The position numbers were made by a program, and so were the translations under genes. Positions 42,601-52,833 of a stretch of 64,000 nucleotides of DNA are shown in pieces (positions within the stretch are counted from its first letter, which is position 1; every line of letters starts with the position of its first letter). The notes under the pieces are model-generated. The model did not search any database. It was given only the letters and a program-made list of their open reading frames with translations, and was not told the DNA's origin. Source of the stretch: Antedon mediterranea (Eukaryota; Animalia; Echinodermata); contig NC_092677.1 in the NCBI RefSeq assembly GCF_964355755.1, forward strand, positions 2,564,101 to 2,628,100, read 5' to 3'.

Positions 42601-45600
42601 AAAATAAAACAGTAAATCAAAATTGACAGTTTGTATTATCTTATGAAAAGTATACATAAAAAATATATATATAGATAAAACAATGTTTCAACTAGTCATT
42701 CATTTGGATCGCCAAATTTCCTTTGCCAAGTAGTGTTTTTTCTTGCTGAAAATTTAAGTCACAATTTGTGTTTACAGATTCTGGTGGAAAGTCATCTAGT
42801 TTGAACACAATTCTACATGATCTTCAACAATTGGGCTTATAAGGCTGTACTGTAGATTTTTTTTTTGATTAAATTATTTATAATAGTTATACAGTCCTCT
42901 TTCTTTTAAATATAAGTTTGTTTTAAAGTTTACAATTATGTAAATTACAATTTACAATTATTATTATTATTTACAATTTACAATTTACAATTATGTAAAT
43001 GTCACAGTGGTGCGTTGCAACATTATGGGAGTATGTTTCTATACGTGTTTGATTAAAAATAAATGACTAGGGTAATAATGTTCAGCGCTTAGAGGTTTCG
43101 CAACATTAGACGCTATATAAATCCAGAATATTATTATTATTAATTAGTAAAAAAAATAATATAGAAGAGTAATTGGGATGCACTGTAAAAAATACTACTG
43201 TATTACAATAATTACTCACAGTGGCTGCTAGGTTGAGCATGCCCTGAAAAAGGCCCCATTCATCACATGAATTAGTTACAACTTTTCAAGAAGGTCCCCA
43301 AAATAAAAAATATCAGGGAAGAGGGACATACGACAAATGGACATTATCGGGTGGAAATAACCTCCATTGGTTAAACAACGGGAAATGGGTATACACAAAA
43401 CAATGGCAAGCATAATGATTCCAATGTTTTCAATGCTTAATTTCTTATAGCAACTGTACTATGCATTATTAACAATTATGTACATTTTAGGGGAATTCCC
43501 TTTTTCTCATTTCCATTATATTTCAAAATATTGTAATTTCTAAACCACTAGAGGTTTTTTCAAGGTCATCATTTCCTCTTAATGATATAAATATCCTTTC
43601 AACTGATCATTTACATAAAATAAATTATTTTAAAATTATATGTCAGCACTTTCTCTAATAGCAAAAGTATTCATATTATCAAGTAGGAATTTCAGATTAA
43701 TTCACAGAATTAGAATGTAATGGGGGTGAAATTTGAGAAATGTTTTTTATTGGCATATCCAACTTTTTTGGGGGAAAACAGGGCCTCACAATTGTAAAAT
43801 GACATACTAAGCTTTAATGTATTGTCCTATCTTTTAATTCTAATTTTCATTTCTTTCACAACTGTAGCTACTCTTAAAAAAAATACTGAAAGTTGAGTTG
43901 TAAGTTGAGTGGCAAGTTAAGTTGCAAGTTGAGTGGCAAGTTAAGTTGCAAGTTGAGTTGCAAGTTGAGTGGCAAGTTAAGTTGCAAGTTGAGTTGCAAG
44001 TTGAGTTATAAGTTTTATTCAAGATTATTATTAGTCACACATGAAAAAACATAATTATGAAAAACAACTTCTATATTTTGTAATCTATTGTCAAATTATA
44101 CAGATATATGACTGTCAGTCACACGTTATTGTGTAATCTTCCTATTATGTTGTTTATGCATTTTTTATTACTATTTACAACTACTTCATATCGGAAGATC
44201 AAAGGCATGTCTAGAAAATATTTTAGAAGGCGGGGCAATTAGGTCTGAAGCACAGAGCATGTATAGGCCTTTAGCCGACACAACACTAATAACAATTTAA
44301 AATAACATAATTAAATATTTTATTTTAATATTTCTCAGAAGAGCCTGTTACAGAAAATACTGTGAAAAAAGACAAACACTGACTTATGGAGGTATCACTA
44401 TCAGAATCAGGGAAAATCCCAGTTATGACAAAGCAATTTTGATAACGAAATTGGCCTTTACACCTGATAAAGTTGTTGATAGCAATTAGTATTGCTGTGT
44501 CAGGAATACAGGTACAAATGAGTTATAGCATGGACCTATAAATTCCATGTTTACTAAAACTGTATTTAGAATTACAAAGGATTAGTTTGCTTTAAAAGGA
44601 CAATAACAGTTACTGCAGTAAACTACACCTTGTTTTTGTGTACTCAATCATTTAGAAAGCTTTTGGTAATCAAACAGTGACTGACTCATACCTTCTACTG
44701 ATTGAAACTAAAATCATATGTTATTGCAAGCAAAAAATATAGTTACTGTAGTGGAATGTTTGTACTTTAAATATTGTATATCAACGATTGTAGTCTTTAA
44801 AAACGTTTTCATAATTTTCCATTTTTATTGTTTATATTTATAATTTGTAAGTGTTAACTGGACTTCAAGGAAGAACAATGTACAAATATTGAATGAATAT
44901 CAGAATAAAGAAAGATTTCTATCTATCTAACAAAATAGTACAAATTTAAACAAGAACAAAATAAACAGTAATATAAGTAATAAAAGAGAACTTTGTGTGA
45001 TGTCTTGTTTGACTTGATATCCTGTTGCAGAAAAAACAATGTAGTTACTGCAGTAATTGCAGTAGAATAATTTTTGCATGATCCCTAATACACTTTGAAT
45101 GGCTGATTGGGTGTTTTACTTGATCTACAAGTATGGCTTTTGTATGAACCAGTTAGGACAAGCAAGATGGAAATTCCCTACAATTTCCCTACGACTGTAT
45201 ATAGGATGAAATACATAGAAACTATTTCTAAATGGTTTGGTATCTGAAAAAGACAAACTGCAGGAATATTTTATTTTATATTTTTCCACTAGAGGCCTAC
45301 TACTATCCAATGTCAATTTTTAAGGAATTAAGTTAAATTGAATTGAGTAATACTGCAATGTCTAACAGGTATAATGTCTAAGGGTAAAATATCAATTGAC
45401 AAAATAATTAACATTTCAACCAACCTGTGATTGTTAAAAATATAGGGCATCCGTTACAGCTTATAAATACAATCTACCATGTATTGTGTAACCATCACAA
45501 CACTTTGTAAAAAAAACAATTTAAAAAAACAAGGTCACTTCAATTCATATAGTTGTCTATTTTAAGGAAGTTTTTGTTAACTTTCTGTTATTTTGATTGC

Positions 45601-46180
45601 ATACAATAGTTATTATTGGATCAATAACAATAGTCTTGGAGGAAATTACCTAACCCTGGGGAAATAAGTCATTTATTCTAGTAATAATAATAACTTAGAC
45701 TTCTAAATACATTTTTACTTTAACAATAAAAAATAAGAACAATATTTGGCAATTAAATTTGCTTGACAACAAATGGATGAGCAAGAAGATAGAGGCACAA
45801 GAAAAAGAATGATTGATTGTTCAAAGAGTTAAATTGGCTACCCATGGAGTCACGTGTTAAATTTAAGATCCTGCTGCTGGTGTTCCGATGCCTAAATAGT
45901 TGCGCTCCAAAATATCTCTCAGAATTGTTGACAGTCAAGAAGGGAAAGCGAGAACTAAGATCTAGTCATCAGGTGCTACTGGACATTCCAAGGAGCAAAC
46001 ATAGTTGGGGAGATCGGACTTTCAGTGTTGCTGGACCTAGGCTCTGGAACCACCTACCCTTGAACATTAAACACAAATCATTATTGAGTCACTTTAAGTC
46101 ACTACTCAAAACTCACCTTTTCTGATTTTTTCTACAGCGCCATGAGCAATGAATGTTGGAATGGCGCTATATAAATCGAA

Positions 46181-46213
<33 letters not shown>

Positions 46214-46865
46214 TCTGGATTATTTTTGTGTAAAACTGTAGAAAACAAATGGTACTGCATAGAGGGAGCTACTACACATTTTTGCTCGCTACCGGTTACA
46301 GTATTATAAGTAAGCAGTACCCTCTTTTGTTTATTTATCATACACTGTCGTTATCGAATTTTAATTGTAAACATTATTTGAAGAAAATGCAATATTTAAT
46401 ATTGATATTAACATATATCAACATTTTTTTTAGGAAAATAAAAAATTAAATGTAAGGTTAAATTTACAATTGTTGATGATAAATAGCTACAAGCGAAAAA
46501 AAAAATATTATACCTGAATTTGTAGTTGAGGCTGCTGCCAGAAGAGCATCAGTGCCTTGCATATTCTTAGACATTACGGAATGATCAGACCTAGAATCTG
46601 GGGTCAGCGAGGTGTCCGAGTACTCCACCAAATGTCCACTTGATGAAGAAACTTCATGCGCTGTTTTCGAGCTAGAACTACGTTTATGTTGCCGCTTAAT
46701 CTTCTTTGTAACAATAAAGTTCTCTTCGTGGGCCTCCTTACTCTGTTCTTGATGTTGGAGATGAGAGGCAAACTTAGCAATGTCATGTGGGTCCTCCCTC
46801 TGTCCATCACCATGTGTGTGTTTTCGTTTCTTCTGTCGCTTTTTCGATTTTATAGGAGCTGACAT
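33676..46865 (-). CDS. Bcl-3/nuclear IkB-like ankyrin-repeat protein with a very long C-terminal tail, about 1498 aa. Exons 46514-46865, 41390-41468, 39221-39329, 38506-38707, 38171-38262, 37498-37743, 33676-37092.
   Basis: Phases match across all introns (4497 nt in total). The spliced ankyrin core is ATAPDEDGDTPLHIAV...VNNLHQTPLHIAII...DRYGNTSMHLAC...NFEGYIPLHLAV...DTKNGWTALFHAA...QSYSGNTALHIASGRG...GADMSMRN, which resembles the IkB/Bcl-3 ankyrin array as I recall it. Basic NLS-like clusters are present at the N-terminus (KSKKRQKKRKH). The last exon is in frame with the 1050-aa track ORF. Confidence 0.85.
37278..37466. repeat. 24-bp tandem repeat (AACACCCTCCACAATTAACTTTCC), about 8 copies
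   Basis: Intronic. It explains the GKLIVEG and PSTINF ORFs. Confidence 0.93.
37795..38160. repeat. Degenerate ~20-bp repeat (GACTGAATGATTTT...)
   Basis: Visible and fills most of the intron between two ankyrin exons. Confidence 0.8.
38790..38900. mobile_element. MITE family A, partial copy
   Basis: Starts agctctgtctacactatcaaactttatgtgac. The right TIR is missing. Confidence 0.75.
39383..39684. mobile_element. MITE family A copy interrupted by a ~145-bp insert ending in aataaaa-(gaat)n
   Basis: Both MITE halves are recognisable. The insert at about 39452-39598 resembles a retroposon 3' tail. Confidence 0.65.
40075..40700. repeat. Diverged tandem repeat of about 150-170 bp, 4 copies (ccagttatctgatacaaaacatgatttctc...)
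   Basis: The motif recurs at about 40080, 40234, 40386 and 40553. Confidence 0.85.
43890..44010. repeat. 12-bp minisatellite (AAGTTGAGTTGC)
   Basis: Directly visible. Confidence 0.9.
45819..46212 (+). mobile_element. 5'-truncated non-LTR retrotransposon (L2/CR1 group): ORF2 C-terminus, 3' UTR and (GATT)n tail
   Basis: The peptide LNWLPMESRVKFKILLLVFRCLN..APKYL...GDRTFSVAGPRLWNHLP...FKSLLKTHLF is typical of the L2/CR1 ORF2 end. It is followed by gcgcatgagc...ggcgctatataaat and a microsatellite tail. It lies antisense in the first coding intron of the Bcl-3-like gene. Confidence 0.9.
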
Positions 46866-47299
46866 GATACTGGCTTGGATAGGCCTAGTCACATTAGTTT
46901 TTATTAAATTGTGTTTAATTACTGTTGCTTTAAATGTACAATAAACATTTTAAACAGTGTATGTTTCATTTATCATATCAACGCTTAGGCCTACAATACT
47001 CCTTTAAATACAAAACAACAAGCTTACCACACACACCAACAACGTCAAAACAAAATGGTTGACATCGTGTATGGCGAGTCAAGTCTCGTGTTTTCTCTCG
47101 ATTCTCTTTGTCGGCCTAGATCTCTCTAACACAATTACTTTAATTAAATTTGTAAGAAAATTGTAGTCAAGCACTTAAACAAAAGAATCCAGTTAATTGT
47201 AGGCCAAAATAACAACAATATGTTTAGTTATTAGTCGAGTTTGTAACGTATCTTCGTACAGTTGAACGGCAAATTTCACCGATGACATGTAGAAATACA

Positions 47300-47400
47300 A
47301 GCTGGTACTTTCCCTTTATTGAAGCGACGCATCTGATTGGCTATTCAATAAAAGGGACTTTTTTTCGATAAGCTGCTTGCTGATTCGGGAATTCCCCGTT
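47300..47400 (-). promoter_or_regulatory. Putative promoter of the Bcl-3-like gene with kB sites and a CCAAT box
   Basis: GGGAATTCCC at 47387-47396, GGGAAAGTACC (minus) at 47304-47314, GGGACTTT at 47354 and GATTGG at 47335-47340. A candidate 5' UTR donor lies near 47027. Confidence 0.6.
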
Positions 47401-49280
47401 CGCTGATAGGCTGACTGCTGGAATGTGACATGGCCTCTCCTCTCCTGATAAAACAATGTAAAAAACTCCCTTATATCTACAAAGTGTTCTTACACATATG
47501 ATATTGTTGAATCATGGCGACATCACTATACAAATTATTTAACTAAGACTATATATACATCTGATACAATGAAATAAAAAAGAAAATTATGCAAATTACT
47601 TCGGTCGACAAGAGAAGAGTAAACTCGCCCCATTACGTCACACTCGAGGAGTGGTGTAATGACGCGCCAACGTCGACAAATAAACTATTATTAACAACCG
47701 ATCGCCGTTTTTTTTTAAATTAACATTTTAACCAAGGCTTAACAATGCATAAATTAACTAATTTATGATAATTCTTTTCTTTGTAGAATAATATTTAAAA
47801 TAGCATTTGCATACAACAACAAAACCCGCAAAAATAATAATTTATTCTCGAGACTCGAGCGTCTCTTCAATAACCTTTGACACCAGTGAGGTAAAGCCAA
47901 AGGCTAGAGGGCGTACTTCAGACTGAAAAGTGATTCCAACAGAAGGGGAACCAACAAGATTGCGGCCGTAAATGTGTTCAAAAACATTATTTAATATAAA
48001 AAATAATAATCTAATACACTAAGACTACATAAATTACAAAATATATTCTTGCCAAAGCACAGCGAAGTTTTTATAAAAATAAATATATTGTTAATCACAA
48101 TGGAATTAATAATTTCTTGGTAATCTAGCATTTGTATACATTTATGGAATACACAGATAGAAAAAATAACAGGTTAGGAATTATAACATTATTTCCATTA
48201 TTAATTCTTTCGATACTATACAGTATTTTTTTCTCGATTAATCAAAAAATGATTTAACATTTGTTCGTATGTTATACGTTCAAAACAATTTACTACGGTA
48301 TTCCAAAAAAATAATAATTTTCAGAAAATGGTATAACTTTCACTGATGGTTTACAAAATTCTGTTGAACTAATATTACTAACCATTGACATAGTAGAAGA
48401 ATATTGTTTATATTTCAATTATACCACATAAAATTGCGTTCATTACTGAAATATTTTAGGATTTAAAAAGGATAAAATATCCATGTGATGGAGATGAAAC
48501 CGTGACGGATATGACGAACCTTAAAAATCATGTGACGGAAATGACTTTAAGATATGATTTGAATATGTTTATTGACCAGTCACATATATATATATATATA
48601 CAATGTAAAAACATAATAAAGATATACAAAACAAAATGTACAACAAAAAAAAGGCCCTGGCAAAAACAAAAAGTCATATCCGTCACTGGCCGTCATCGTC
48701 AACGAAATATTGTGAAATGTGACGGGAGCTGACCGTGACGGAGATGATGTATTTCTATACCGTTCTCGGACCATACACACCAACTCTACCATAAACGTGT
48801 ATTCATAACATATTACAATACAATATCTTGCATGAATGTTTTATTTACATGATTTGAACAATCTTCTAATGTAAAGATTAACAGCATCACAATTTAACAG
48901 TGTGGCGTGTTTACCGCGAATGACTAACAATAGCATCTTTCCCACTACACCTGCACAACCGTTGCATAACAACGCACGGCATACCAAACCGTTTCGTACA
49001 CCTGCGATGAAAATAATAAATTCAATTTCTTTTAAAATTGAGGGCGGCAAACATAAAATTTACGAGATCGAATACAGGTTGAAAAAAAATTAAATAAAAA
49101 AAAGATGTTAAATGTGCTCTCCCTGCCTCAGCACTAAGGCCCTGCCACAGCCTTTTGGGGTCGTTTCCAGCACATCACCAGATGCATTGATGTTGTCGCC
49201 TCATGATGTGTGGTGGAAAGGGGGACGTATAATCTGTGAACCCCAAACACAGTGGTCGCATACCTTTAACTCTATTCCAC

Positions 49281-49352
49281 CGACCAGCGTGGGAATCGAA
49301 CCCACGACATACGTGTTGTCAACACGACGCTCAGGCGACTGAGCTACCGGTC
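49281..49352 (-). ncRNA. tRNA-like cassette (Ile-like body, GAC at the anticodon position); pseudo-tRNA or SINE head
   Basis: GACCGGTAGCTCAGTCGCCTGAGCGTCGTGTTGACAACACGTATGTCGTGGGTTCGATTCCCACGCTGGTCG. It has a 7-bp acceptor stem, an A-box-like AGCTCAGT and a perfect T-arm GTGGG-TTCGATT-CCCAC. It lacks U8 and the D-loop GG. Confidence 0.65.
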
Positions 49353-49450
49353 ATTTTGATTTTAACAAGGTTAATAGGATATTTATGACGTAATGATGAA
49401 TTACGTAATATACGTATAAATAGACTATTATCAGCTGTTCATTCATGTAC

Positions 49451-49528
49451 TACTTTGTGGCCTAACGGGTAATGCTCAGGTTTGGGTGCTCTTAGCTCTA
49501 GTAGATTGGGTTCGAACCTCTACAGTAA
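49451..49528 (+). ncRNA. Degenerate tRNA-like Pol III cassette
   Basis: A-box TGGCCTAACGG, B-box GGTTCGAACC, partial acceptor stem tactttg/tacagta, and a T-run immediately after. Confidence 0.5.
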
Positions 49529-51098
49529 TTTTTTTTTTTTTTGGAATTTAAAATAAATATTGTTTTTCTTTGATTTTGAGAGATATTTTGAGGGTTATAA
49601 ATGTCAGGCCTAAACAAGTGGACCTTTTTAAAAATCAGAAACAAAGTTGTATGGCATTATTTTCCATTAAATAGACTGCCATAAAACCTCGAAAAGAAGC
49701 CCATGTGCTCCTTTATTTTTAGTACTCTTCGGTGTCGTTCTTTTACACATGGAGTTCTTTTCGAGATTACTTTTTGCAAACTAAAAGAGAACAGCTGCTA
49801 GGTTCCCACCCGGAAAATGTTTTATTTACATGATTTCAACAATCTTCTAATGTAAACATTAACAACATCAACATTTAAAAGTGTGGGTGTTGACCGCAAA
49901 TGACCAACATACCATCTTCCCCATAATACACCTGCACAAACTCATTTGCATAACAACGCACGGCTTACCAAACTGTTTAAAATAGAGCTGCAAGGTCCCC
50001 GGAAATGACATCTATTATTTTTTCAAACAACATATATAAGAATCTTCAGTACCCCACCATGCTTAGGGCTGAGCAAAGACAATTTTGAAAAATAGAGCTG
50101 CATAGGTTCTCACCCGAAAAAAAAAGGCACTTTACATGGTTTGAAATTATATGAAACAAACTATATAAGGCTCACACCAGGACAATATAGCTTGTCCCCC
50201 CGAAAAGTGCACCTATTCATTGAAATATGAAATTAATTATTATTATGTCTCCAGTATACTAGCCCACCGTTGGGGCAGATCTAATAATGAAAATAGAGCC
50301 CAGAATTGCACGTATACTTATTACTATACATAATCACCTATGATAATTATGATAATGTTAAAATTTAATCTATCCAGATGCGACTTCAAAATTGTAGATG
50401 GGGTTTTCTACTTTAAAATTCGACTTCGTATATGCCTATTAAAGGCCTAGCCCGACTGTGAAATCAGTCTAAGCTGCGAAATTGGTCTAGAAATCGGAAT
50501 CTTTGCAAATGTTCTATATTAATTTTATCTTATTTCACTCTCCATTAACCCCATACAAAAACCATCGGAGACAAACTATCTGTTTAAAACATGTTTATTC
50601 TGGGACGGTGCGGCCATACACATCAACTACCACAAACGTGTAACAATATCATGCATGCATAGGACATTTCGCTATCAATGTAGCAACATTGATTAACAAA
50701 ATCAAAATTTTAACAGTGTGGCGTGTTTACCGCGAATGACTAACAATAGAATCTTTCCCACTACACCTGCACAACCGTTGCATAACAACGCACGGCATAC
50801 CAAACCGTTTCGTACACCTGCGATGAAAATAATAAATTCAATTTCTTTTAAAATTGAGGGCGGCAAGCATAAAAGTTACGAGATAGAATACAGGTTGGAA
50901 AAAAAATGAAATAAAAAAAAAGATGTTAAATGTGCTCTCCCTGCCTCAGCACTAAGGCCCTGCCACAGCCTTTTGGGGTCGTTTCCAGCACATCACCAGA
51001 TGCATTGATGTTGTCGCCTCATGATGTGTGGTGGAAAGGGGGACGTATATTCTGTGAACCCCAAACACAGTGGTCGCATACCTTTAACTCTATTCCAC

Positions 51099-51170
51099 CG
51101 ACCAGCGTGGGAATCGAACCCACGACATACGTGTTGTCAACACGACGCTCAGGCGACTGAGCTACCGGTC
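51099..51170 (-). ncRNA. tRNA-like cassette, second copy
   Basis: Identical to 49281-49352. Confidence 0.65.
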
Positions 51171-51268
51171 ATTTTGATTTTAACAAGGTTAATAGGATAT
51201 TTATGACGTAATGATGAATTACGTAATACACGTATAAATAGACTATTATCAGCTGTTCAGTCATGTAC

Positions 51269-51345
51269 TACTTTGTGGCCTAACGGGTAATGCTCAGGTT
51301 TGGGTGCTATTACCTCTAATATATTGGGTTCGAACCTCTACAGAT
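51269..51345 (+). ncRNA. Degenerate tRNA-like Pol III cassette, second copy
   Basis: Same A and B boxes and T-run as 49451-49528, with several internal substitutions. Confidence 0.45.
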
Positions 51346-52034
51346 ATTTTTTTTTTTGGGAATTGAAAATAAATATTGTTTTTATTTGATTTTGAGAGAT
51401 ATTTTGAGGGTTGTAATTGTCAGGCCTAAACAAGTGGACCTTTTTAAAAATCAGAAACAAAGTTGCATGGCATTATTTTCCATTAAATAGACTGTCATAA
51501 AACCTCGAAAAGAAGCCCATGTGTGCTCCTTTATTTTTAGTACTCTTCGGTGTGGTTCTTTTACACATGGATTTCTTTTCGAGATTACTTTTTGCAAACT
51601 AAAAGAGAACAGCTGCTAGGTTCCCGCCCGGAAAATGTTTTATTTACATGATTTGAAAAATCTTCTAATGTAAAGATTAACATCAACATTTCAATGGGTC
51701 CATTGAGCTCAGTGTATTAACATACGAATATATTTAAATTAGTGATTTTATTTCTATTTTATATCCCCGTGCTCCACTCGTGCCAATTGGATCCATTGAG
51801 CTCAGTGAGTGTATACTGTTAGATACGAATGGGATTCTGTATTCAAATTTAGTGTATTAACATACGAATATATTTAAATTAGTGACTTATTTCTATTCTA
51901 TATCACTGTGCTCCACCGGTGCCAAATTTGATCCACTGGACCAGTTACCGTAATACTATTTCTATTCTATACTATCTGAGGTTAAAAAAGGCATAAATGG
52001 CGCTCCGTAGAGAAGTAGAGAATGCTCCATCGTC

Positions 52035-52091
52035 AGAATGACGCTCTGAATATACCTCCATTATTATGAGGTATATTCAGAGCGTCATTCT
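52035..52091. repeat. Perfect 24-bp-arm inverted repeat
   Basis: agaatgacgctctgaatatacctc-cattattat-gaggtatattcagagcgtcattct. Confidence 0.9.
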
Positions 52092-52429
52092 TATGTCAAA
52101 CTAAATGTTTATAAATACATTGTTTTATTACGTAATTTGTTGCATATAAAATAAAAGACACAGACGTAGCCTGACGTTCCCTAAAAAATATTTCACATTT
52201 AAGTAATTATGTATGACATTTAGGCCTATGCCGAATAGATTTACAAATTGTCATTTTTAAGGCACACATCTTTCTCATCATAGATCTGTAAAATAACAAA
52301 AATCAATTATTAATATAATTATAATAATAATAAATATTCATCGACCAAAGTAAAAATAATCTAGATCGAAAATTAAACGCGACCGATTTCGAACGCGACC
52401 GATATCATCGTAAAAGAGTCAACTCCGGC

Positions 52430-52627
52430 GGGGGTTTCCCCTTTTTCGGATGGTGCGTTGTGTAGTGCGACAACGGCGGAGTAATTACGGGGGTTTCCCT
52501 CTGGTGAGCTACGTACCGCGACCGCGTTAGTGCGACTGCGGAGTGATTAGTCGGGGGATTCCTCCTCTCTGAGGTGGGAGAGCGTGCCGATCGTGTGACC
52601 TCCTGAGACTATAGGACGGGACTTCCC
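52430..52627. promoter_or_regulatory. Cluster of four kB-like sites in CpG-rich DNA upstream of ETFB
   Basis: GGGGGTTTCCCC at 52430, GGGGGTTTCCC at 52489, GGGGGATTCC at 52553 and GGGACTTCCC at 52618. Confidence 0.5.
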
Positions 52628-52685
52628 CTTTTATGCCTACACGTTCCGTGTTATTTTGTGTATCATTGCGACATTTTACGCACTT

Positions 52686-52800
52686 GGGCGACTTGCAATG
52701 GGGCGACTTTTCGAGGGGTGACTGTGTCAGGCGACTTTGTTTTGGGGCGACTTTGCGATGGGACGACTTTGTAAGGGGCGACTTTGCGATGTGGCGACTT
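52686..52800. repeat. Short tandem repeat (GGGGCGACTTTGCGAT-like), about 7 copies, just upstream of the ETFB ATG
   Basis: Directly visible. Confidence 0.85.
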
Positions 52801-52833
52801 GAGTCTTGACTACTATAGCATCATCCCACAAAG

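Larger units (their letters stand above)
48891..49876. repeat. ~1-kb duplicated unit, copy A
   Basis: Near-identical to 50706-51691 (offset about 1818 bp). The track ORFs at 48902/50718 and 49112/50930 are duplicated accordingly. Confidence 0.95.
50706..51691. repeat. ~1-kb duplicated unit, copy B
   Basis: Near-identical to 48891-49876. Confidence 0.95.

Noticed and set aside
49104-49280. Hammerhead ribozyme in the GC-rich body
   Set aside because: No CTGATGA...GAAA core was found on either strand.
48902-49342. Duplicated small ORFs (63 and 76 aa) as a peptide gene pair
   Set aside because: They start at non-ATG or weak codons, overlap the antisense of the tRNA-like unit and show no protein motif. 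Their identity reflects the DNA duplication.
49281-49352. Functional tRNA-Val(GAC) gene
   Set aside because: It lacks U8 and the D-loop GG, has a mismatch at the top of the anticodon stem, an Ile-like body and no adjacent terminator. It was treated as tRNA-derived.
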